The notes below the pieces were generated by a model. That model did no database searches, was not told where the DNA came from, and was given only the letters and a program-made list of their open reading frames with translations. From an uncultured Lentisphaerota bacterium (GTDB lineage Bacteria > Verrucomicrobiota > Kiritimatiellia > RFP12 > UBA1067), in assembly GCA_946413265.1 (NCBI GenBank), contig CAMKJU010000006.1, forward strand, positions 1,659-65,658: a stretch of 64,000 nt of DNA, written 5' to 3'. Below are positions 1 to 8,655 of this stretch, one piece after another. Position 1 is the first letter of the stretch. Each line of letters begins with the position of its first letter. The translations under genes were made by a program, and so were the position numbers.

Positions 1-8
1 TTTCCGGT

Positions 9-1715
9 CTACTCCAGTTCCTTCGCCTTGAAGACGCGCTTCAGGGTGAACGTGCCGACAGACTTGATCGGCCCCTTCGAGACGAGTCCCGTCACTTCCC
101 AGGTCACGACGCCCGAAGTCGTCTCGTCGGCGTTGTACGGGAAGTTCACGGGCTTCGCGCCGATGCCATCCTCGTGCCAGGAGAAGTCAAGACGGTTCGT
201 GATGCTCCACAGCTCGGGCTTGACCGGCTGCGCGTAGTTCCCGAAGTCGTCGCCCGAAGGAGCGGGGCCCGAATAGTCCGCCTTCTTGCCGTCGTGGTCC
301 GGATGCCAGGCGTGGCGGAACGGATTGTCCCGCGCAGTCGGGGCGACGGTCCACGTGAAGGCCGTGTCGTCGCCGAACGCCGAACCGTCCGCCGCCGCGA
401 CGACCGGCGTATCGACGCTCATCATCACCGTCGAGAGGCGCCGGGGGTTTTCAACCTCCGCCGGCACGCTCGAAAACTCCTTGAAGAGGCGCGCCGTGCC
501 GTTCGTGTCGATGCCCACCGCGACGCGCTGGAGCAGCCGGCACGTTCCGTTCGTGTCCACGTGCATCATCACGCTCATCTTCAGCGTTCCGCCGGCCGTC
601 ACGGGGATGGAATTGGTATCGTCAATCATGGTGACCTTCGTGAGCGCGATCTCGCCGACCCAGAGACCCGTGGGATAGGCGACGGCGCTCGCGGAGACCG
701 GAGCCACGTAGATCGGCAGGCGTACGCACATCTTGCTGGCGCCGAGGTCCTCTATCACCAGGATCGCCCCGTATTCCGTTCCGGCCACGAGCTGCGAACG
801 ATCAAGTTTGAAGATCTGCTCCACGACCTCATCCTTGGCGAGCGAAACCTCCCAGGCGACGTCCACCTCGACGTTCGTGTAGCCCGGCTCGCTGATCGCA
901 TCGACGCGCGGCAGCCGGCGGGAGATCGGCGGCGGAGTCTCCCCTGACGCCGAGCTCTCCATCGTGAAGCGAAACGTGTGGTTCGTCGTGCCATAGTTCC
1001 GAACCGTGATCGACGCGTAGTTCGCGTCCGCGCCGAAGGCGACGGCGTCGCCCAGCACGCCGATCACGCCCGGCCAGTCGCCGTCCTTCGTCGCCGTGAG
1101 GGCGTACGCCATGCCGCCATGCAGCCTCGGACCGGAGCCGATGGTCATCGGAAGGAACGTCGGCGCAGCCGTCTTGGTTCCGCCGATCTGGTAGGCGACG
1201 CTCGACGACGTGCCAAAGGGTCCTTCGCCGAAATACGCCTTTGCGCCTACGGTGACGGTCGCATCCACAGAGACGCCCACGATATTCATGAAGCCGGTGT
1301 CGCCCGACGTGGCGCGCCACGTCTGCCGCGGCGCGGAGGGTACGCCGAGGAAGTTCTCCTTCGTCCAGGTATTGGTCGCATAGATCAGGTAGACGCGTCC
1401 GCCCACGAGCGTGTCCATCGTCGAGGCCGTCTCGTCGCCGGGAACCCACACATGATAGGAAATCGGCTTCTGGGCGATCTCCGTCCCGTCGTCAGCGATC
1501 TGGCGCGTGGAGGAGTAGGCGTCGGAATAGTACGCCGCGACGCGCGCGACGGGGGCGCCGGCGAAGAAGTCCGCGCACGCCGCGTTCGTCGGCGTCGATT
1601 CGAGGTAGATCGCGTTCCACCCCTTCGTGAGCGTCATCGTCTCTTCCACGCACGGCAGGGCGAAAGCCGCCACCGGCAGCAGAATCAATAATGCTGATCT
1701 GTACGCTTTTTTCAT
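9..1715 (-). CDS. Secreted hypothetical protein (568 aa)
   Basis: Sec-type signal peptide MKKAYRSALLILLPVAAFA, GC-rich codon usage, beta-rich sequence; motifs TLTKGWNAIYLE and DNPFRHAWHPDHDG. No function recognised. Confidence 0.8.
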   Translation of the reverse strand: MKKAYRSALLILLPVAAFALPCVEETMTLTKGWNAIYLESTPTNAACADFFAGAPVARVAAYYSDAYSSTRQIADDGTEIAQKPISYHVWVPGDETASTMDTLVGGRVYLIYATNTWTKENFLGVPSAPRQTWRATSGDTGFMNIVGVSVDATVTVGAKAYFGEGPFGTSSSVAYQIGGTKTAAPTFLPMTIGSGPRLHGGMAYALTATKDGDWPGVIGVLGDAVAFGADANYASITVRNYGTTNHTFRFTMESSASGETPPPISRRLPRVDAISEPGYTNVEVDVAWEVSLAKDEVVEQIFKLDRSQLVAGTEYGAILVIEDLGASKMCVRLPIYVAPVSASAVAYPTGLWVGEIALTKVTMIDDTNSIPVTAGGTLKMSVMMHVDTNGTCRLLQRVAVGIDTNGTARLFKEFSSVPAEVENPRRLSTVMMSVDTPVVAAADGSAFGDDTAFTWTVAPTARDNPFRHAWHPDHDGKKADYSGPAPSGDDFGNYAQPVKPELWSITNRLDFSWHEDGIGAKPVNFPYNADETTSGVVTWEVTGLVSKGPIKSVGTFTLKRVFKAKELE

Positions 1716-1745
1716 GTTTCAACCTTTCAATATGGAAAACTGGGG

Positions 1746-1842
1746 AATGTTGCCAGTGTTGCCAGTTCCAATTTCCAATTACCAATTACCAATTGGCAAC
1801 ATTCGCATTGGCAATTGGCAACATTTCCACACTGGCAACATT
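1746..1842. repeat. Intergenic palindromic element with internal heptamer repeats
   Basis: 14-bp perfect inverted repeat AATGTTGCCAGTGT (1746-1759) / ACACTGGCAACATT (1829-1842) enclosing CCAATT(T/A/G) x4 and further TGGCAACATT copies. Confidence 0.8.
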
Positions 1843-2712
1843 TTACTTGGCCTCAAGTTTGAAGAACTGGCTCGTCGCGCCCTCGGCAGGCACCACGTAG
1901 ATGGTCGTCATGCCCACGTCCTCCTCGTCGGCGGACGGCATTACCTGCGCCTGCTCGGCGTCCGTCTCGGATTTCTTGACGGGCTGGGCCGCCCATTTGG
2001 GATTCGTGAGCGAGAGCGTCGTGGCGACGCCATAGACGTGGCCGCCAACATACTCGAAGCTGATGGCATGGGGTGCGCTTTGAGGCGCGGCGTAGGCGGT
2101 GATCGCGAGTTTGTCCGACGCGTCGAAGGGATTCGTACCCGCGCAGTATTCGCCGTAGTTCGACACGCCGTCGTTGTCGTAGTCGGCAAAGGGATCGTAG
2201 TTGCCTTCGTACCCGAGCACTTCCATCCACACGGCGATCGTGTCGACGTATTCCTGGGCGACTTTGACCGTCTCGCCGTCTTTCGTATAGCTCGCCATGT
2301 TCATGAACGCGAGGCAGACGTTCGACACGGTGTTCGCTTCGCCCACGTCAAGCTGTTCGACCGCGAGGGAGAGTCCCGACTCCTGAACGAGGACGCAGTT
2401 GAGCTTGTCGCCGACTGCCGCCGTGGATCCGGTGGCCTTCGAGGAGAGCGGAATCTGCAGCAGGAAGTTGCAGCCGTCGGCCGTCGGATCCGCCACCTTC
2501 GTGGAGGCGATGACCGTCCCGTTCGTCGAAACGGCCTGGATGGTCACGGCGGCGGACGAGGTCAGCACCTTGTTCTGCCAGTCCTTCAGCGTCCCCTTGA
2601 TGAGGTGGGTCCCGACCGGGAAGTTCACGGCCGCGACGACGCTCGCGGCATTCAGTACCGCAAATACGACCGCAAGTACGACCGACATTGTTTGATGTCT
2701 TTTTATCATCAT
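1843..2712 (-). CDS. Secreted protein with Ca-binding DxDxDG (TSP3-like) motif
   Basis: Hydrophobic N-terminal signal; DYDNDGVSNYGEYCAGTNPFD motif; C-terminus ends FFKLEAK. Confidence 0.75.
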   Translation of the reverse strand: MMIKRHQTMSVVLAVVFAVLNAASVVAAVNFPVGTHLIKGTLKDWQNKVLTSSAAVTIQAVSTNGTVIASTKVADPTADGCNFLLQIPLSSKATGSTAAVGDKLNCVLVQESGLSLAVEQLDVGEANTVSNVCLAFMNMASYTKDGETVKVAQEYVDTIAVWMEVLGYEGNYDPFADYDNDGVSNYGEYCAGTNPFDASDKLAITAYAAPQSAPHAISFEYVGGHVYGVATTLSLTNPKWAAQPVKKSETDAEQAQVMPSADEEDVGMTTIYVVPAEGATSQFFKLEAK

Positions 2713-2935
2713 AAGCGCTCCATTATATTTCAGGACAACATGCCCTAACTATCTTGGGACGTGTCGCCTTCTCTGGTGGTGTCAAAAACACAAGTTATTA
2801 TATAATATTCACATGAGGTTTACCATTACTTTTTTATGAAACGATGAAAGTTCCATCTCGTCGCCGGCGGGACTTCCGCCACCCGCGTGCCAGCTGTCGT
2901 TCATTATTTCAGACGTGTTCGTGTCCCATGACGAT

Positions 2936-3517
2936 TCAGATTGGAAAACCGACCTTGTCCTCTTCCGTGATTTTTCTCAACACACGGCATGGATTGCCCG
3001 CAGCCACGACACCCGGGGGGATGTCGCGGGTCACGACGCTTCCGGCGCCGATGACCACGTCATCGCCGATGGTAACCCCACTGAGAATGGTGCTGCCGCC
3101 GCCAATCCACACGCGGTTGCCGATGGTGATGGGTTCGGGAATCAAGGCCCCCGCGATCCGCTCCGCGGCATCCAGCGAATGGTTCGCCGAATACATGCTC
3201 ACGTGCGGCCCCAGCAGCGTGTGGTCACCGATCGTGATCTGCCCGCAATCGAGAAGCGTGCAGCCGAAATTGATGTACACGTCGCTTCCGATGGTGATGT
3301 TCTTGCCGAATTCGCACGTGAATTCCGGCTCCATCCAGACGCGCTCGCCGACCTTTTTGAAGAGCTTCCGCATGAGCTCCTGCCGCCGTTCGGTCTCTTC
3401 ATCTTTCGTACGGTTGAATTCCCGGAACAGCTTCTTCGCCGCAACCCTTCGGTTGAACAAATCCGCATCGAAATCGTTGTAGATTTGGTGCGCCTGCATT
3501 TTGTCCCATTCTGTCAT
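2936..3517 (-). CDS. maa: Sugar (maltose/galactoside) O-acetyltransferase
   Basis: Start reassigned to MTEWDKMQ at 3517, after an AAGGAG RBS. Hexapeptide repeats ITIGSDVYINFGC, ITIGNRVWIGGG and VVAAGNPCRV. Confidence 0.88.
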   Translation of the reverse strand: MTEWDKMQAHQIYNDFDADLFNRRVAAKKLFREFNRTKDEETERRQELMRKLFKKVGERVWMEPEFTCEFGKNITIGSDVYINFGCTLLDCGQITIGDHTLLGPHVSMYSANHSLDAAERIAGALIPEPITIGNRVWIGGGSTILSGVTIGDDVVIGAGSVVTRDIPPGVVAAGNPCRVLRKITEEDKVGFPI

Positions 3518-3606
3518 GATTCGTTGTCTCCTTATCTGTTTTTTCCTTTTCTGTTTTTTGGTATGTTTCGAGTTCAATCTCGTCGTCGGCGGCTCTCTGC
3601 ACGCCC

Positions 3607-6423
3607 TCACTCCTCGAACCAGCCGGGCTTGGCGATGTGGGGGATGAGGTCGCGGCGGAACAGCGAGACCTGATGGTCGTTGACGTAGCGTTGCACTTCC
3701 CTGGCGAATTCCGTGTCGTTCGGACGGCACCCGCCAACATCGGGCAACGGCTGCGGCTGCGGCCCCGCGATCCTGCGCTGAACATCGCGTTTGCCCCAGT
3801 CGTCCTTTGAGATAACGCGTCCGGCTACCTTGAGCTTCTCCGCGTGGGCGATCACCTTGTCCAGACGGTTTATCGCCACGGCAACCTGGGTTTCCGATAG
3901 ATGCGCCCTGAGGTCGGCAATGTATTTCTCGCGGGCATCGCCGCTCTTCTTCGCAATGAGCTCGTCGTAGAGTTCCGCGTCGATGAAGTCCGGCGCGCGC
4001 GTGACATGGCTTCCGGTCGCGACAGTCAGGCAATAGTGCATCTCCGGCACCGTCATCTTCGACGTGTCAACGATAATCATGCCGTTGCCGAGCTGCCGGA
4101 CTCCCGGATCGTGGTTGAGGCGGCGGGACTGCGCCCCAGCGGCCTCGTTCGGGTACAAGTTCTTCTTGACCGCAGTGTACGCCGACACGAATTTGGACGC
4201 GTGTTTTCCGTAGAGCCTAAAGACGCCGGGGGCGACGAGGAAATTCCCGAAGCATGCGTCGTTGTCGATGCCCTTCAGCGAAACCTCGCCCTTGTCGGAC
4301 ACGCCCAGCAAGTAGTTGTGGTGATGGCGGTCGCCCTGCCCCGTCAACAGGTCGAACCATTCGAGGCGGTTGGACTTGCGCATGATCTCGCCCACCACCT
4401 TCCCGTACTGCTCATCGGGAAGGTTCTTGATCTGCGTCGCGGTCAGGCTACCCGGAGCCACCTTCTGACCTGCCTTTTCGTAGTCCGACACTTCACAGCC
4501 GTGGGCCTTCTCCATGTAAATGCCGAACTGGCCATCGTGCGTGCCGACCGACGTCTTCACCATGACGTCGCCAAGCCCGAAGGCGTCCGCCGTCCTCTGC
4601 GCGGCCATGTTGAGCTGCGCAACAAGCAGCGTGTTGCCGTAGGAGCCTTTGGCAAGCTGCAAACTGCCAAGTCCCTGCCGGCCGAATGCCTCGGGCTTGA
4701 ATATCTGGGACGTGCCGTCCTTAAAGTCGAGCTGGTGGACGGTGTTGACCTTTCCGCTGCCAAGCAGCTTTGTGGAAACGACGTTGGAGTCGTCGAGCGC
4801 CGGGTCGGCGTCCTCGTCGGGAAGTCCAGCAATGCGCGTCTCGACGATCGTCGTAACGGCGGCCTTGCCCTCGAACACGGCGGCAAGCGTCTTGTTGGTG
4901 AGGAACGTGGAAGTATCCCGACCGGCCGCGTTCCGGAACATCTGGACGAGGTGCGCGGTCTGGGTCGAGACGCCGCCGATTCCGCTGTACTGTGCGTTGA
5001 CAGCAGCGAGGTTGGAAGGAAAATTTTCAGGTTTCGTAAACGACGCTATCGCCTTCCGGAACTCCTTGACCATGTCCGGGGTACAGGCGTTGCGGTCTTT
5101 GCGCGACAGAGAGTCCAACAGTGTCTGCAAGGATTCCGTCCCTTCGAGCTGGAGAATGGCAATCATGTCGCGGTCGCCGTATTCTCCATTGCTGAGACTC
5201 GCCAGTTCCTTCTCGACCGCGGAGGAAAGACTCGCCAGTTCACGGGCGAGCGTCTCCATCTTCAAGATGGAACTGTTGTCGCGCTTTTCAATGACCTTGA
5301 GCGCCGCGTCTCGGAGCATCTTCTGCGTGTCGATCGCCGCCATGAGCGCGGGGAACATCTTCCTTGTGAGCGGCTTGAACTTATCCTGCAGAATCGGGAT
5401 GTCCGGCGGTGAGAACGTCATGTCGATGAAGTTGCGTAGCGAACCCATCGCGACTTCGCGCTTAATGTCGTTGAGACGCTTGGTGAGGTCCGTTAGGACG
5501 CCCCGCGCCGACTCGAAGAGCGAACGGTCGAGCGGCGTGCCCTTCGCGGCGTACGTCGTCTCCGCCCGCGCGAGGGCGTTGTACGCCTCGTCGATCTGGC
5601 GGCGGATCTTCGTGATCTCGCCGTCGGAAAGCTGGCGCTCCTGCACGGACGCGAGGTCGTCGATGCGCTTCGCAAGCGGCATGAGGGAAGTGCGGAAGTC
5701 GGCGGCGATCTTCTCCGAGCCGTGCATCTTAAGCGACTGGCTCGGGATGAGCGATTCGAGCGTCTTGTCGAGACGGGCCTTGATTGTCGGATCGTTCCCG
5801 ACCTTCTCCGCCATGTCGGCGAAGTCGCAGACGAGCGTCTGGAGCTCCGAGGCTCGGCGGTCGGTCTGGAACATCGCCTCCTCAAGTGCGCCCCGTGCGC
5901 GGGCGTTCGCGCTGGCCGGCAGGGCATTCAGCGTCTTGTAGAGCAGTTCCGAAAGGTCAGCCTGCGCGTCGAGGGCGGCCTTGACCGCCTTGCCGACGGC
6001 GCTATTCGCGTCCCAGTCGAAGCGGCCTTTCTCGTCCTTGACGAGGGCATCGGCGATCTGGCGGCCCGAGAACTGGTTGATGGCCTGGAATGACGTCTGG
6101 GCCTTCTTCGCGGCGCCTTCGATCGCCTTGCGCGTCGCCTTGTCGAGACCGGCGGCGACGAGGGTGTCCTTGAGGGCCTGGACGTCAACCGGCGCCGACG
6201 CCGTCTTCGCCGCCCTGAGGAGCATCGTGTCTAGGTTGGCGGCGAGCCGGTTCGTCTGGTCAAGCCGAGTATCCGCAACCTGAACCTCGGCCTTGTGCCC
6301 CTCGACGTTCAAACCGCCGAGCTTGTCCTTGCCCAGCTGGACATCCTCGACCTTCGGCAAATCAAAGGTCTGCGGCACCTTCATGCCGCTTCCGATTGCG
6401 CTAAAACCGCCATGTCCGCTCAT
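3607..6423 (-). CDS. Large helical protein with C-terminal PI3/4-kinase-like domain; candidate secreted effector kinase
   Basis: Gly loop LLGSGKVNTV, Lys in IFKPE, catalytic DLLTGQGDRHHHN, metal-binding GIDND. No signal peptide or TM segment. AAGGAG RBS. Confidence 0.75.
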   Translation of the reverse strand: MSGHGGFSAIGSGMKVPQTFDLPKVEDVQLGKDKLGGLNVEGHKAEVQVADTRLDQTNRLAANLDTMLLRAAKTASAPVDVQALKDTLVAAGLDKATRKAIEGAAKKAQTSFQAINQFSGRQIADALVKDEKGRFDWDANSAVGKAVKAALDAQADLSELLYKTLNALPASANARARGALEEAMFQTDRRASELQTLVCDFADMAEKVGNDPTIKARLDKTLESLIPSQSLKMHGSEKIAADFRTSLMPLAKRIDDLASVQERQLSDGEITKIRRQIDEAYNALARAETTYAAKGTPLDRSLFESARGVLTDLTKRLNDIKREVAMGSLRNFIDMTFSPPDIPILQDKFKPLTRKMFPALMAAIDTQKMLRDAALKVIEKRDNSSILKMETLARELASLSSAVEKELASLSNGEYGDRDMIAILQLEGTESLQTLLDSLSRKDRNACTPDMVKEFRKAIASFTKPENFPSNLAAVNAQYSGIGGVSTQTAHLVQMFRNAAGRDTSTFLTNKTLAAVFEGKAAVTTIVETRIAGLPDEDADPALDDSNVVSTKLLGSGKVNTVHQLDFKDGTSQIFKPEAFGRQGLGSLQLAKGSYGNTLLVAQLNMAAQRTADAFGLGDVMVKTSVGTHDGQFGIYMEKAHGCEVSDYEKAGQKVAPGSLTATQIKNLPDEQYGKVVGEIMRKSNRLEWFDLLTGQGDRHHHNYLLGVSDKGEVSLKGIDNDACFGNFLVAPGVFRLYGKHASKFVSAYTAVKKNLYPNEAAGAQSRRLNHDPGVRQLGNGMIIVDTSKMTVPEMHYCLTVATGSHVTRAPDFIDAELYDELIAKKSGDAREKYIADLRAHLSETQVAVAINRLDKVIAHAEKLKVAGRVISKDDWGKRDVQRRIAGPQPQPLPDVGGCRPNDTEFAREVQRYVNDHQVSLFRRDLIPHIAKPGWFEE

Positions 6424-6447
6424 CTTTTTCTCCTTCCTGTCTACTCC

Positions 6448-6477
6448 GTTTACACCTCTGCCGGGAAAAGGTTACAC
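6448..6477 (-). promoter_or_regulatory. ECF-sigma-like promoter box, copy 1
   Basis: Minus strand reads GTGTAAC-cttttcccggcagagg-TGTAAAC (16-nt spacer), ending 24 nt before the ATG at 6423. Shared with 28494-28525 and 30358-30387. Confidence 0.65.
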
Positions 6478-6560
6478 ATGCCGGTATTATATCACAGTCC
6501 GGCGGTTTATCCTAGTCAAACCGCCCCGATTTTGCTATGCTATTCCCCACACACATCACC

Positions 6561-7649
6561 ATGGAAGACCATACCAGTTATACGGCGGCAAAAGAGCTGT
6601 TGGAGAAATCCAAGCGGATTCTCATTTCAGGGCATCTCAGCCCCGACGGAGACTCGCTTGGCTCGATGATTGCCCTCGCGCGGATGCTTACGGCCGCAGG
6701 ACACGATGCGTTCGCCACCGCGGACGTCCATGCCCTCGGCAAGCCCGGTTTCCTCGAGGGCGTGGCCGACATCATCCCGCTCCGCCGCCTGAAGAAACGC
6801 AAGTTCGACCTGTTCATCTACGTGGACTGCGCAGCCCCGAACCGCCTCCCGCCAGAAGTGCGCCCCTTCGCCGAGAAGCTTCCCACCCTCACCATCGACC
6901 ACCACGCTACGAGCGTGTCCGCCGGTGCAGCGTCCATCATCGACCCAGAAGCGTCATCCGCCGGCGAGATCGTGTGGCGGTTCGCCAAGTGGATGGAATG
7001 GCCGCTCGACCGCGCCACGGCCGAGGCGCTCTGGGTGGCGATCATCACGGACTCCGGACGCTTCGCCTACGACTCCACGCGCACCGGCACCCTGCGCGCA
7101 GCCGCCGACCTCCTCAAGTACGGTGTGCGCACGGCGCAGATCAACGACACCCTCTACTGCTCTTTCAAGCCCAAGGCAATGGAACTCAAGCGTCGCGCCT
7201 GGCGTTCCCTCCACATCTGGAAGAACCGCAAGGTGGCGGAGGTCACGCTCACGCGCGACGATTTCCGGGAAGTGCGCGGCTCGAAGGCTGACGCCGAGGA
7301 CGTGATCGAGATCCCCCGCCAGGTCGCCCGCAACGAAATCGCCCTCTTCTTCTACCAGATACCGGACCGCACGCATGAGACGCGCGTGTCGATCCGCACA
7401 CGCGAGCCGCACGACGCCACGCTTCTAGCCAAGCGCTTCGGCGGCGGCGGACACCTCCGCGCGGCCGGCTGCACCGTCAAGGGCGGCATGGCCGTCGCCA
7501 AGCGACAGGTCCGCAAGGCCGTGCGGGAGTTGCTCGAAGGGAAGCTGAAGCCGCCAGAGGAACCCGCGAAGGAACCAGTGAAGGAACCCACAAAGGAACC
7601 TGCAAAGGAACCCGCGAAGGACAAGGGAGCGGAGCCGAATGGCGCGTAA
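6561..7649 (+). CDS. nrnA: DHH/DHHA1 bifunctional oligoribonuclease / PAP phosphatase
   Basis: Motifs HLSPDGDSLGS, IDHH, TDSGRF and GGGGHLRAAG. Start placed at ATG 6561. KEP-repeat C-terminal tail. Confidence 0.9.
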   Translation: MEDHTSYTAAKELLEKSKRILISGHLSPDGDSLGSMIALARMLTAAGHDAFATADVHALGKPGFLEGVADIIPLRRLKKRKFDLFIYVDCAAPNRLPPEVRPFAEKLPTLTIDHHATSVSAGAASIIDPEASSAGEIVWRFAKWMEWPLDRATAEALWVAIITDSGRFAYDSTRTGTLRAAADLLKYGVRTAQINDTLYCSFKPKAMELKRRAWRSLHIWKNRKVAEVTLTRDDFREVRGSKADAEDVIEIPRQVARNEIALFFYQIPDRTHETRVSIRTREPHDATLLAKRFGGGGHLRAAGCTVKGGMAVAKRQVRKAVRELLEGKLKPPEEPAKEPVKEPTKEPAKEPAKDKGAEPNGA

Positions 7650-8643
7650 GGTTCTCATCCTCACGGACGGCAAGGCGGGGCACGAAAACCAGTCCAAGGC
7701 CTTCGCCCGCGCGCTCGGCTGCGACTTCGACCTCGTGGAAATCCATTTCAAGTCCGCCTTCCACAAGGCCCTCTCCTACCTCTTCGACCGTTTCGGGATT
7801 CATACGCTCTCGCTTTTCCCGTCTTTCGACATTCGACACCCGGCACCCGACACCCAAACCACTAACCACAAACCACAAACCACGAACCACGAATACTGCG
7901 CCGTTCTCGGTACGGGATCGGGTACATTCTACGCGGCGAAATCCCTTGCGCGCAAACTGGGCGTGAAATGCGGCGTTGTGCTCTACCCGCGCGGCTACCG
8001 CATCGCATCGTTCGACTGCGTGCTCGCGCCGGAGTTCGACCGTCCCGCCCCCGCTCCGAACGTGATTCCAATTCCCGTCAACCTCGTGGCGAGCGACGCA
8101 GCGTTCTACGCCGCCGGCACGGAGGCGTTCCGTACACGCTACACGCCGTCCGAGAAACCCGCCGTGGCCATCATCGTGGGCGGCCCCAACAAATGCTCCA
8201 CCCTCTCCGCCGGCTGGATGCGCACCCAACTCAACCAAATCTTCTCCACCTACAAACCTCCAAGCTCTAAGCTCCAAGCTCCAAGCTCCACCCACGAAAT
8301 CTGGGTGACCACCTCGCGGCGCACGCCGCCAGAGGTCGAGGCCGTGGTCGACTCCTTCCCCTTCGACTACAAGCTCCTCTACTCAAAGGACCACTTCAAT
8401 CCGATTCCTGCGTTTGTGCAGCTCGCCAGCACGCTCTACGTCACGGCAGAGTCCACCGGCATGATCTCCGAGTCCTGTACGTTCGGCACGGCGGAAGTGC
8501 GCGTGCTCGACAACCTGAAGCCCGGTCCCCACAAGTTCCGTCGCTTTGTCGAGGACCTGGCACGCGGCGGCTACGTGAACGGCGCACGCAAAGTCGACCT
8601 TTCCGAGCAATTCGCCCGCGCCCGCCAACTTCTCGACATCTAA
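7639..8643 (+). CDS. ELM1/GtrOC1 (DUF1022) family putative glycosyltransferase-like protein
   Basis: Motifs ILTDGKAGHENQS, IIVGGPNK, VTTSRRTP and VTAESTGMISE. Overlaps the nrnA stop. Confidence 0.8.
   Translation: MARKVLILTDGKAGHENQSKAFARALGCDFDLVEIHFKSAFHKALSYLFDRFGIHTLSLFPSFDIRHPAPDTQTTNHKPQTTNHEYCAVLGTGSGTFYAAKSLARKLGVKCGVVLYPRGYRIASFDCVLAPEFDRPAPAPNVIPIPVNLVASDAAFYAAGTEAFRTRYTPSEKPAVAIIVGGPNKCSTLSAGWMRTQLNQIFSTYKPPSSKLQAPSSTHEIWVTTSRRTPPEVEAVVDSFPFDYKLLYSKDHFNPIPAFVQLASTLYVTAESTGMISESCTFGTAEVRVLDNLKPGPHKFRRFVEDLARGGYVNGARKVDLSEQFARARQLLDI
7825..7894 (+). repeat. In-frame heptamer tandem repeat inside ELM1-family CDS
   Basis: Ten 7-mers: TTCGACA TTCGACA CCCGGCA CCCGACA CCCAAAC CACTAAC CACAAAC CACAAAC CACGAAC CACGAAT. 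Confidence 0.85.
8255..8289 (+). repeat. Second in-frame heptamer repeat in ELM1-family CDS
   Basis: AACCTCC AAGCTCT AAGCTCC AAGCTCC AAGCTCC, translated as KPPSSKLQAPSS. Confidence 0.8.
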
Positions 8644-8655
8644 GGAGGTTTTCCC

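Noticed and set aside
3518-4033. N-terminal extension of the acetyltransferase (365-aa ORF)
   Set aside because: It overlaps the kinase gene in another frame. The RBS and family start fit ATG 3517.
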